From the NCBI GenBank assembly GCA_035264865.1, contig DATFPJ010000032.1, positions 1 to 51,280 on the forward strand: DNA of 51,280 nucleotides. Reading direction: 5' to 3'. Below the pieces are notes generated by a model. The model did no database searches, was not told the DNA's origin, and saw nothing but the letters and a program-made list of their open reading frames with translations. This document shows, piece after piece, positions 25,436 through 36,123 of this stretch (position 1 is the first letter of the stretch; the number at the start of each line of letters is the position of its first letter). The position numbers and the translations under genes were made by a program. The stretch is from Solirubrobacterales bacterium (GTDB lineage: Bacteria; Actinomycetota; Thermoleophilia; Solirubrobacterales; 70-9).

Positions 25436-26317
25436 GTGCTCTTCGACCTCCAGAGCCCGCGTCGCCGACGCGTCATCCGGGTGACCTTCGGTGCCCTCGC
25501 CGCCATCTTCGCGATCAGCTTCGTCTTCCTCGGCGTCGGCACAGGCGGCAGCGGGTTCAGCATCAGCGACCTGTTCGGAAGCGGCGGCGGCAGCAGCGGC
25601 TCGAGCGCGTTCGACGGCGACATCAACGCCGCCGAGGACAAGCTGGCCGTCAATCCGAACGACACAGCGGCGCTCGCCGAGCTGGTCACCCTCCACTACC
25701 AGGCCGGCACCCAGGAGGTGCAGGTGGACCAGGACACCGGGCGGCAGTCGCTCACGAGTGACGGCAAGCAGCAGTTCGCCGAGAGCGTCGATGCCTGGTC
25801 GAAGTACAAGAAGGTGAGCGGCGATCAGGCCGCCCGCGGTCCGGCCTCGATCGCCTACCAGGCCTACTACGCCCTCGCGCAGGCCGACTTCTCCGAGGCC
25901 GTCCAGTCCAGCTCGGTCTCGGAGCAGCTCACCGGCCTGCAGTCCACCGTCACGGACCTGAAGGGCGCGGCCGGGGCGCAGGCCGTCGTCGCCGCGGCGC
26001 AGCCGAGCGTCGCCAACTGGGCGAAGGTGGCGGATGCGTACTACCTCGCGGGCGACACCCAGGGTGCACAGCAGGCGATCGCCGAGGCGACCAAGGTCGA
26101 TCCCAAGAACGGAGCGAAGCTCGAGCAGCAGCTGAAGGGCTCAAGGGACCAGGGCGTGAAGTTCACGGAGGCGATCGACCAGCTCACCAAGCAGCAGCAG
26201 GCGATCCAGGGCGCCGGCGCGACGGGCGGTGGCGCGACCGGGGGCGGGGCGGCGGGTGGAGGCAACCCGCTCAACGGGCTGGGCGGCGGCCTGGGCGGCA
26301 CGGGCAGCGGTTTCTAG
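25436..26317 (+). CDS. membrane-anchored TPR-like protein with Gly-rich C-terminus
   Basis: N-terminus SPRRRRVIRV plus about 22 hydrophobic residues. A TPR-like segment follows (ANWAKVADAYYLAGDTQGAQQAIAEATKVDPKN). The C-terminus has GATGGG repeats. Confidence 0.55.
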   Translation: MLFDLQSPRRRRVIRVTFGALAAIFAISFVFLGVGTGGSGFSISDLFGSGGGSSGSSAFDGDINAAEDKLAVNPNDTAALAELVTLHYQAGTQEVQVDQDTGRQSLTSDGKQQFAESVDAWSKYKKVSGDQAARGPASIAYQAYYALAQADFSEAVQSSSVSEQLTGLQSTVTDLKGAAGAQAVVAAAQPSVANWAKVADAYYLAGDTQGAQQAIAEATKVDPKNGAKLEQQLKGSRDQGVKFTEAIDQLTKQQQAIQGAGATGGGATGGGAAGGGNPLNGLGGGLGGTGSGF

Positions 26318-26351
26318 AGCTTCCCCCCGGCGGGTTGCTCTCGGCGCTTCC

Positions 26352-26357
26352 TATAAT
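26352..26357 (+). promoter_or_regulatory. candidate -10 hexamer (TATAAT) for tRNA-Lys
   Basis: Perfect TATAAT ending 13 nt before the tRNA 5' end, in the context TCCTATAAT. Confidence 0.45.
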
Positions 26358-26370
26358 TGCCCGCTCCACG

Positions 26371-26443
26371 AGGGCCGTTAGCTCAGCTGGTAGAGCAGGA
26401 GACTCTTAATCTCAAGGTCGCAGGTTCGATCCCTGCACGGCCC
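26371..26443 (+). tRNA. tRNA-Lys (anticodon CUU)
   Basis: Acceptor stem GGGCCGT/ACGGCCC plus A. D-arm is AGCTCAGCTGGTAGAGC, anticodon loop ACTCTTAAT, T-arm GGTTCGATCC. Confidence 0.9.
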
Positions 26444-26627
26444 ACCTCTGAGGACGTCGGCGGTGCCAGTGCGCGGCCGGCTGCGGCGGGCGGGGCCGGG
26501 TTCGCAGCTGCGCGGATACAGCGGATCTCCACCGGTAAGGGCCGCTGATGGTTGCGCCGGGACCGATGAGCTGGGGCACGCTCGCCGGTCTAAGCAATCG
26601 ACAGCTCTTCAACCCAGGAGGAATGAC

Positions 26628-27032
26628 ATGAGCAGCACCACAGCGACGAGGGTGAGCAGGGTGGCCAACGTGATCATCCCGGTCAAAGACCAGGACGCAA
26701 TGCTCGACTTCTACACGGAGACCCTAGGACTCGAGAAGCGCGCGGACGTGCCCTTCGGGGACGAGGTCGAGGGCCGGTGGATCGAGGTGGCGCCCAGCGG
26801 TGCCGAGACCCCGATCGCGCTCTGCCCGCCGGGGCCGAACAACGAGGCCGGCTCGAAGGACACCGGAATCACGCTGCAGGCCGACGACATCGACGCCTAT
26901 CACTCCCAGCTCAAGGACCGGGGCGTGGACGTCGACGACGAGGTCAGCCACATGGGCGAGCCGGTGCCGCCGCTGTTCTGGCTACGCGACCCGGAGGGGA
27001 ACCAGCTGATGGTCGTCGAGGTAACCGCCTGA
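26628..27032 (+). CDS. VOC (glyoxalase/bleomycin resistance/dioxygenase) family protein
   Basis: ATG preceded by AGGAGG. Contains VIIPVKDQDAMLDFYTETLGLEK...FWLRDPEGNQLMVVE. Confidence 0.8.
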   Translation: MSSTTATRVSRVANVIIPVKDQDAMLDFYTETLGLEKRADVPFGDEVEGRWIEVAPSGAETPIALCPPGPNNEAGSKDTGITLQADDIDAYHSQLKDRGVDVDDEVSHMGEPVPPLFWLRDPEGNQLMVVEVTA

Positions 27033-27287
27033 CTAGCGCGCGACGGCTCGGAGGATCAGCAGCAGGATCACCGAGCCGCCGATCGCGATCAGCCAGGTGC
27101 CGAGGTCGAAGAAGTCGTCGATCTCGCCGATGTCGAGGGCACTGGCGATGAATCCGCCGAGCAGGGCGCCGAGGATGCCCACGGCAGTGGTGCCGATGCA
27201 GCCGCCGGGCTCGGTCCGCCCCGGGATAAGCGCCCTCGCGATCGCGCCTGCGAACAGGCCGAGCAGGATCCAGGCGATGATCCCCAT
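27033..27287 (-). CDS. GlsB/YeaQ/YmgE family stress-response membrane protein
   Basis: MGIIAWILLGLFAGAIARALIPG...GILGALLGGF is the typical family sequence. Its stop directly abuts the convergent VOC stop. Confidence 0.85.
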   Translation of the reverse strand: MGIIAWILLGLFAGAIARALIPGRTEPGGCIGTTAVGILGALLGGFIASALDIGEIDDFFDLGTWLIAIGGSVILLLILRAVAR

Positions 27288-27518
27288 TCGTCCGAGCGCC
27301 TAACGCTGCCTGGGGCCCGTGTGGTAGCTCAGATACCAGAGCACGTGGCGGGCGGCGCTGACGCCGACATTGACCGGAGAGAGCAACCTGCGCACGCCGT
27401 GAACTCTATTTGTCGCGACGGTCTGTCGGGCCAGCAATACCCACTGATTTGGCTGCATTGAGCGGATTCTTGCCCTCTTTGCGGACATGGAAACCAACGC
27501 GACTAGCATCCGGCCGCG

Positions 27519-30374
<2,856 letters not shown>

Positions 30375-30376
30375 CC

Positions 30377-33079
30377 TCAGAACTCCTCCGCCTCGGAGAC
30401 GTCCTGGAGCGGCGGGCCCTCGCCGGCCTTCTGCTCGATCGGCTTCTCCTCGCGCGCGCGGTCGGCGAACTTCGGATAGTGCTCCAGGAAGACGAGTCGG
30501 ACGGTGCCCACCGGGCCGTTGCGGTGCTTGGCGAGTATCAGCTCCGCACCGCCGGGGTCCTCGGATTCGGCGTTGTAGTAGTCGTCGCGGTAGAGGAACC
30601 CGACCAGGTCCGCATCCTGCTCGATGGCGCCCGACTCGCGCAGGTCCGAGAGGATCGGCCGCTTGTCGGGTCGCTGCTCGGGGGCACGCGAGAGCTGGGA
30701 GATGCCGATCACCGGCACCTCGAGCTCGCGGGCGAGGATCTTGAGGCCGCGGCTGAACTGCGCGACCTGCTCGACCCGGTTGGCGCGTGAGTCGTCGCTT
30801 CGCATCAGCTGGAGGTAGTCGACGATGATCAGGCCCAGCCCATCGTGGCCGCGGGAGCGCTCCTGCGCGTGCAGGCGACGGGCCTTGGCGCGGAGCTCGA
30901 GCAGGCCGAGATCGGAGGAGTCGTCGATCCAGAGTGGCGCGGCCTCGAGCTGGTTGCAGGCCTTGACCACCTTCGGCCAGTCCTTCTGGGCGACCTTTCC
31001 CTTGCGCAGCCGATCGCTCGAGATCCGTGACTGCGATCCGATGAAGCGGTGAGCGAGCTCCATCTCCGACATCTCGAGCGAGAAGAGCGCCACCGGCTTT
31101 TGGTGCTTCATCGCGACGTTCTGGGCGAAGTCGCAGACCAGTGTGCTGTTGTGGACGATCACGTCGTCCGCGACGAAGTTGTGATGGTCCGGAACGGTCA
31201 GGTCGTAGGTCTCCTCCACGCCGATCTCCTCGATCGAGGCGACCTCGTCCCACCAGATATCGGCGTCCGCCAGCTCCTCGAGTTCCGCCGACTCGAGCAC
31301 GCCGGGCATCTGAAGCAGACGCGGGCGCGACAGCCCACGCTTGCCGACGTGCCAGTTGTGGTTGCGGGGATAACCGGCCGCCTCGCTGACATCCGCCCAG
31401 CTGCGCTCACCCTTAGCGGCCAGCACCTTCTCCCAAACCTCGACCGGCGCGGTGTCGACATTGGTCATGGACGTGGATCCGATGAGGCGCTCGAGGACGG
31501 CGCTCAGCTTGTCTTCCTTCCCGACGATCCGGATCCAGGCCGCGAATCGAGCCAGCGATCGCTGCTCGGTGATCCGAACCTCGCGAGCGACCCTGTCCGT
31601 TCCCTCGTACACGTTGCGCTTGAGGGCCCGGATGCAGGAGACGATCCCAAGCCGAAGGAGGAGGTGCTGGACGTCTCTGGCGAGCCGTTCGCTGATCGTC
31701 GTATAACCGATCTGCGCGAGGCGCTCGCTGCAGTAGACGTGGCCGTCACAGGCGAATAGGACAGCCAGAAAGCGCGCCATCTGATGGTTCGGCAGTTCGA
31801 AGATCGACTCAGGGATGAACTTCTCCTCCGATCCCTTGCCCCATTGCCCATGACGCTGACACAGCTCAGTGACGGGATTGGGGCCATGACCGCCGCTCGG
31901 GGTGCGCGGGCCGCTGAGACAGGCATACGTGCCTCGAATCCCAACGTTGAATGATGCGCCGCAGGCCTCCGTCGCCTCCCTGACCTGGCGAACCAGCTCA
32001 GAATCTTCGCTTCCAAACGTGAACTTCGGGGTGGGCTCCCGGAGTGTGCCGTCCGCGATCAGGGCCGCCAACAGGACGATCTCGTGATCCGGCATCTCCG
32101 CCGAAGGGTTCCGGCGCGGCAGCCAACGGGGCACGCCGATCCGTGAGCCGACAGCAAGTTGGTCGAGCGTGCGCCAGCCTCCGAGCGTGAGAAATGGATG
32201 ATTCGCAGTGGTCTCAACCCTTCGGCCAAGCCGCGTCGTCAGGCGGAACACTTTCTGCTTGCCGCTCCGGAGCGCGTGTGAAATCTTCGCCGGACGGATC
32301 TTGAGATCTGATCCGATTGTGGCGATCCAGATCTGCTCCCCCATCTCGAATGACTCCACGATCTCGTCGATCCGACGGCGTGCCCCGGTATTCGCGTCGT
32401 AGACGAGAGTCCCGCCACCGCAGCATTTGCCCATGGCCGGCCTTGCCGCGATCACGATCAGGTTGCCGGGCTGGAAGCCGCCGGTCTTGTCGTCGAGGTC
32501 GCGGAAGCCCGATGGGGTGCCGGTGATCTCGGAGTCGCCGCTGGCGAGCTTCTCGAGCTTGTCGATCTCGTCGTGGAGGATGTCGCCGATCTCGCGGAAG
32601 TCGACGGCGCGTTCCTCGTGGGCGACCTGGAAGAGGAGACGCTCGGCCTGCTCGACCAGCTCCGAGGGCTCGCCGTCCCGCTCGGCGACGGAGGCCTGGA
32701 TGCGCTTCGCCGCCGAGTCGAGACGGCGCATGAGCGAGTTCTGCTTGACGATCTGCGCGTAGTGCTTGGCGCTGCCCGGCGCGGGGACCTTGGCGGCGAG
32801 GCTCGCCACCACGTCACGCCCGCCTACCTCGTCGAGCTGGCCCCGCTGGGCGAGCGCCTCCGAGACGGTCAGGACGTCGACGGGGTCGGCGTTCTCGTTG
32901 AGACGGATGATCGCCTCGTAGATCGTCCGGTGTCGGTCGCGGTAGAAGTCCTCGGCGTGGAGGCGGACGTCGAGCATCACCGGCTCGATCGTCGACTCCG
33001 AGACCATCATCGCCCCGAGCACGGATTCCTCCGCCTCCAGGTTCTGCGGCGGGACGATGGTCTTTCCGTTCGTTGTCAA
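30377..33079 (-). CDS. dnaB: replicative DNA helicase DnaB, interrupted by an intein
   Basis: TTG start preceded by GAGGAG. Contains PPQNLEAEESVLGAMM and Walker A ARPAMGK|...|ST, with LIIVDYLQLM and ESGAIEQDADLV in the C-extein. The exteins sum to 474 aa. Confidence 0.95.
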   Translation of the reverse strand: MTTNGKTIVPPQNLEAEESVLGAMMVSESTIEPVMLDVRLHAEDFYRDRHRTIYEAIIRLNENADPVDVLTVSEALAQRGQLDEVGGRDVVASLAAKVPAPGSAKHYAQIVKQNSLMRRLDSAAKRIQASVAERDGEPSELVEQAERLLFQVAHEERAVDFREIGDILHDEIDKLEKLASGDSEITGTPSGFRDLDDKTGGFQPGNLIVIAARPAMGKCCGGGTLVYDANTGARRRIDEIVESFEMGEQIWIATIGSDLKIRPAKISHALRSGKQKVFRLTTRLGRRVETTANHPFLTLGGWRTLDQLAVGSRIGVPRWLPRRNPSAEMPDHEIVLLAALIADGTLREPTPKFTFGSEDSELVRQVREATEACGASFNVGIRGTYACLSGPRTPSGGHGPNPVTELCQRHGQWGKGSEEKFIPESIFELPNHQMARFLAVLFACDGHVYCSERLAQIGYTTISERLARDVQHLLLRLGIVSCIRALKRNVYEGTDRVAREVRITEQRSLARFAAWIRIVGKEDKLSAVLERLIGSTSMTNVDTAPVEVWEKVLAAKGERSWADVSEAAGYPRNHNWHVGKRGLSRPRLLQMPGVLESAELEELADADIWWDEVASIEEIGVEETYDLTVPDHHNFVADDVIVHNSTLVCDFAQNVAMKHQKPVALFSLEMSEMELAHRFIGSQSRISSDRLRKGKVAQKDWPKVVKACNQLEAAPLWIDDSSDLGLLELRAKARRLHAQERSRGHDGLGLIIVDYLQLMRSDDSRANRVEQVAQFSRGLKILARELEVPVIGISQLSRAPEQRPDKRPILSDLRESGAIEQDADLVGFLYRDDYYNAESEDPGGAELILAKHRNGPVGTVRLVFLEHYPKFADRAREEKPIEQKAGEGPPLQDVSEAEEF
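31148..32425 (-). mobile_element. DnaB intein (426 aa) with LAGLIDADG homing-endonuclease domain, inserted in the P-loop
   Basis: Starts with Cys right after GK (CCGGGTLVYD) and has block B TANH. LAGLIDADG motifs are LLAALIADG and FLAVLFACDG. It ends in VIVHN, followed by +1 Ser. G+C is locally lower: 34/60 at 31801-31860. Confidence 0.9.
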
Positions 33080-33202
33080 CTGCTCCTCTTTGCGCGCATG
33101 GATCAGACCGGCCTGACGGCCGACTCTCCACTCAAGTCTGGATAGCGGCCCGGCGGATCCCCATTTGGCCCGGAGTGGAACTGAATCCGCGCGAGCCTGG
33201 CT

Positions 33203-33229
33203 AGAAAATCACAGCGCGCACCAGCGCGC
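33203..33229 (-). terminator. intrinsic-terminator-like hairpin downstream of rplI
   Basis: On the - strand: GCGCGC-tggt-GCGCGC followed by TGTGATTTTCT. Confidence 0.45.
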
Positions 33230-33333
33230 AGAGGAGTTCGGGCTATTTGCGGCGCGCTTGTGCCAGGCACGATTCGTGCCTGACGGAGAAGCGCGGTCTT
33301 TGCGCTCTTAGAAAGACACGAGCGGTCCCTCGG

Positions 33334-33801
33334 CTACGCCTCGGGACCCTCTCGCATCTCGGCGACGATGGTCTTGACCGAGGCGGTGACCCCGCCTCCG
33401 ACCTCGACGTCGACCATGAAGGTGCCGGTCTCGCGGATCGGCTGCTCGAGCCTGATCTTCTTGCGGTCGACCCTCAGGCCGCGCGCCGCCTGGATCGCGT
33501 CGGCGATCTCGGCGGCGGTGACTGAGCCGAACAGCTTGCCGTCCTCGCCGGCACGGTGGTTGATCGTGAGGACCGTCTTGGAGAGGAGCGCCGAGGTCTC
33601 GTCCGCCCGCTCAGCCGCCTGCCGCTCCTGCTCCGCTTCGCGCTCGCGGCGGCGCTGGGCCTCCTCGAGCGCGCCCTTGGTCGCCGGCTGCGCCAGCTTC
33701 CGGGGGACGAGGTAGTTGCGCAGGTAACCGGGTGAGACGTCGACCGCGGTGCCGGCCTCGCCGAGCCCCTCGACGTCCTTGAGCAGGACAGCCTGCGCCA
33801 T
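33334..33801 (-). CDS. rplI: 50S ribosomal protein L9
   Basis: Starts MAQAVLLKDVEGLGEAGTAVDVSPGYLRNYLVPRKLA. Confidence 0.92.
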   Translation of the reverse strand: MAQAVLLKDVEGLGEAGTAVDVSPGYLRNYLVPRKLAQPATKGALEEAQRRREREAEQERQAAERADETSALLSKTVLTINHRAGEDGKLFGSVTAAEIADAIQAARGLRVDRKKIRLEQPIRETGTFMVDVEVGGGVTASVKTIVAEMREGPEA

Positions 33802-33802
33802 C

Positions 33803-34072
33803 TCAGCGCTCGCCGACGTAGGGCAGCAGGGCCAGCTCGCGAGCGCGCTTCACCGCGAGGGCGAGCTGCTGCTGGTGCTTGCGCGAGAGGCCGGTGACGC
33901 GGCGGGAGCGAGTCTTGCCGCGGTCCGAGATGAAGCGCCGCAGCAGGTTGAGGTCCTTGTAGTCGATTTGCTCGACGTTGATCCGCGTGTACTTGCGCGG
34001 CCGACCGCGATCGGTCAGGCCGCGACGCCTGCGGCCGCCGGTCGGGGTCTGCTGTCGCTGCTGTCGAGCCAC
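33803..34072 (-). CDS. rpsR: 30S ribosomal protein S18
   Basis: Contains [53 protein letters not shown] 34072 gives 89 aa. The track start at 34135 lacks both SD and -10 support. Confidence 0.85.
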   Translation of the reverse strand: MARQQRQQTPTGGRRRRGLTDRGRPRKYTRINVEQIDYKDLNLLRRFISDRGKTRSRRVTGLSRKHQQQLALAVKRARELALLPYVGER

Positions 34073-34155
34073 GAAGGGCGCGAATGGTAGCGGTGTGGCC
34101 TGGGTGGCCTCCCTCTGAGATGATCGGCCCGCCATCGACTCACGAGGAGGAAGCG

Positions 34156-34611
34156 ATGTCCAAGCATCAGGAGCAGATCATCGAGGGGGCAAGGGGCAAG
34201 GTGGACGAGCAGATCCTCGCGGCGGCGTTCGCCAAGCCGAGGGGCTCGACGACGGCGCTCGCCGGCGGTGACCTGATCAGCCGCGAGATCGGCGCTCAGC
34301 GGGCCGGCAAACAGGGCAAGGGCGCGGACGCCGCGGGCCTCGAGCTCGGCAACCCCGGCGCCGTCGCGGTGACGCCGACCAGCCTCCTGACGATGGCCGT
34401 CAAGGTGAGCTTCGGCGGTCAGATCAAGGACGTCACCGAGGTGCTGAGCACGATCCCACTCGCCGACGTCGACTCCGTGGCCGTAAAGCGGATGGGCCTG
34501 GCCGGCGTCATGGAGATCACCGCGGGCGAGAGCTCGTTCAAGCTCGAGGGCAAGGTCAACGACATGCGAGAGCTCGCCGACGCCTTCGACCGCGCCAAGG
34601 TGACGGCCTGA
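34156..34611 (+). CDS. hypothetical protein (PH-domain-like C-terminal half by pattern)
   Basis: ATG preceded by GAGGAGG. 151 aa on the opposite strand, between ssb and rpsR. Confidence 0.6.
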   Translation: MSKHQEQIIEGARGKVDEQILAAAFAKPRGSTTALAGGDLISREIGAQRAGKQGKGADAAGLELGNPGAVAVTPTSLLTMAVKVSFGGQIKDVTEVLSTIPLADVDSVAVKRMGLAGVMEITAGESSFKLEGKVNDMRELADAFDRAKVTA

Positions 34612-34623
34612 CCGAGGTCAGGC
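34604..34623. terminator. perfect 8-bp hairpin GGCCTGAC-cgag-GTCAGGCC between convergent genes
   Basis: Includes the TGA of the 34156 gene and lies 28 nt downstream of the ssb stop. No U-tract. Confidence 0.45.
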
Positions 34624-34651
34624 CGCGGCTGCCACCCGAGCCGGCGTGCCG

Positions 34652-35116
34652 CTAGAAGGGAATGTCGTCGTCTGAGCCGCCGCCGGAGCTGACGGTCGCG
34701 CCCTCGAAGTCCGACGTATCGGCCGGCACATCGGACTGCGCCTGGAAGCCGTTGCCGCCTCCGCCGCCCTGGTTGTCCGAGCGCGAGCCGAGGAACTGGA
34801 CGCTGTTGGCGATGATCTCGACCGCCTGGCGCTTGGAGCCGTCCTGAGCCTCCCATTCGCGCCAATCGAGCCGACCCTCGACCGCGACCGGGCGGCCCTT
34901 GGAGAGGTAGTTGGCGCAGTTCTCTCCCTGCGCTCCCCAGACGGTGACGTCGAAGTAGTTCGGCTTGTCGATCCAGTTGCCGCTCTGGTCCTTGCGGCGG
35001 CTGTTGACGGCCACGCGTAGCTTGCAGACGGATGTGCCGCCGGGGGTCGAGCGCAGCTCGGGATCCCTCGTCAAATTTCCGGTGATCGCAACTACGTTGA
35101 TGTTTGAGGCCGCCAC
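34652..35116 (-). CDS. ssb: single-stranded DNA-binding protein
   Basis: GTG start with AGGAG SD. OB-fold N-terminus (VAITGNLTRDPELR), Gly-rich linker and acidic tip DDDIPF. Confidence 0.95.
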   Translation of the reverse strand: MAASNINVVAITGNLTRDPELRSTPGGTSVCKLRVAVNSRRKDQSGNWIDKPNYFDVTVWGAQGENCANYLSKGRPVAVEGRLDWREWEAQDGSKRQAVEIIANSVQFLGSRSDNQGGGGGNGFQAQSDVPADTSDFEGATVSSGGGSDDDIPF

Positions 35117-35227
35117 AGATCAGCTCCTATTCCTTCGATTCCGAACTTCGATCTTAAGCAGCAGCCCGGCTGCATCTCTCCCCCCGCGCAGGGATAAAGC
35201 CGGAAACTGCGGGACCCGGCGTGGCAG

Positions 35228-35617
35228 CTACTCGTCGCGACGCGAGCGGCGCGGGCGGTCTTCGCGATCCGGGCGACCGTCCCCGACCATCGCCGGCCGG
35301 TCCGAGGCCGGCGGCGGATTGCTCGGCGCGTCGGGGTCGACCTTGAAGATGCGGAAGCGGAGCACGCCGTCGGTGATCTTCAGGCTGTGGTCGAGGCGCT
35401 CCAGCAGCGGTGGCTCGGCCTGGAAGCGGTAGTAGCGGTAGTCCGCCTCGTTCCGCTGGCGGATCTCGTAGGCGAGCTTCCGCATGCCCCAGTTGTCCGC
35501 GCGGTCGATCGTCCCGTCCCCCTCGATCTGCTGGCGCACCTCGCCCGCGACGCGCTCGCGCGCGTCGTCGGCGGACTCCGGGTCGAGCATCAGAACGAGT
35601 TCGTAGTGGCGGTTCAC
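35228..35617 (-). CDS. rpsF: 30S ribosomal protein S6
   Basis: GTG start. Contains MNRHYELVLMLDP and WGMRKLAYEI, with a basic/Pro-rich tail. Confidence 0.92.
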   Translation of the reverse strand: MNRHYELVLMLDPESADDARERVAGEVRQQIEGDGTIDRADNWGMRKLAYEIRQRNEADYRYYRFQAEPPLLERLDHSLKITDGVLRFRIFKVDPDAPSNPPPASDRPAMVGDGRPDREDRPRRSRRDE

Positions 35618-35628
35618 AGCGACGGGCG

Positions 35629-35634
35629 ACTATA
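35629..35634 (-). promoter_or_regulatory. candidate -10 hexamer (TATAGT on - strand), 11 nt before rpsF GTG
   Basis: The + strand reads ACTATA. No SD sequence lies between the hexamer and the start codon. Confidence 0.35.
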
Positions 35635-35673
35635 GCGGGGGAGAGTTGGCTCGGATCCGTGGCTCAGCCAAGC

Positions 35674-36087
35674 ATGGCTGGGCGCCAGATCAGATGGGGG
35701 AGCGTGGGCAGGATCGCTGCCGTCGCCGCAGCCGCGATCGCCGGCATCGCCTCGCTCCCCGCCCTGCTCGGAGGCAACAAGCCCCCGCCGGTCCCACCCG
35801 ACGTCGGCCTGGCACCGTCCACCTCGCCGCCGCCGTCCGCGGTTGAGCCACCCACTCCGCCGCCTCCGGCTCCCGCGCACCGGCGCGGTCATCACCTGGC
35901 GCATCGAAAGAAGCCGCGAAAGCGGGCGCACCGACCTCGGGAGCGGACGCACCCACGTCCCAATCCGGATCACAGCCCAGCTGGCCGGCCGTCAGCGACC
36001 CCGCCGCCGGCCTACGCCTCCCCGCCGGTCTACTCCTACGTCCCGCCTCCGCCAGCTTCCGCAGGCGAGTTTAAGTTTGAGCGCTAG
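35674..36087 (+). CDS. hypothetical Pro-rich membrane-anchored protein (weak call)
   Basis: Internal ATG of track ORF 35410..36087. One hydrophobic segment followed by a low-complexity Pro/Arg/His-rich tail. It could be non-coding. Confidence 0.35.
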   Translation: MAGRQIRWGSVGRIAAVAAAAIAGIASLPALLGGNKPPPVPPDVGLAPSTSPPPSAVEPPTPPPPAPAHRRGHHLAHRKKPRKRAHRPRERTHPRPNPDHSPAGRPSATPPPAYASPPVYSYVPPPPASAGEFKFER

Positions 36088-36123
36088 CGGCCGCCTGGTG
36101 CAGCGCGCTGATGGCGAAGCCGT

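Noticed and set aside
26548-26631. 27-codon upstream ORF ending in an ATGA overlap with the VOC gene start
   Set aside because: No SD or -10 signal for it, a non-distinctive peptide, and nothing to support it without conservation or ribosome profiling data.
27312-27342. Possible third tRNA gene
   Set aside because: Only the acceptor 5' strand and a D-arm-like segment are present. No anticodon stem, T arm or 3' acceptor strand can be formed. It is kept only as a fragment observation.
30375-31253. N-terminal roughly 290 codons of track ORF 29604..31253, which would make a 549-aa DnaC-like protein
   Set aside because: That portion overlaps the dnaB C-extein in another frame and is Arg/Pro/Gly-rich. 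The AAA+ homology starts only after TTG 30374, which also has an SD sequence and sits just after the dnaB stop.
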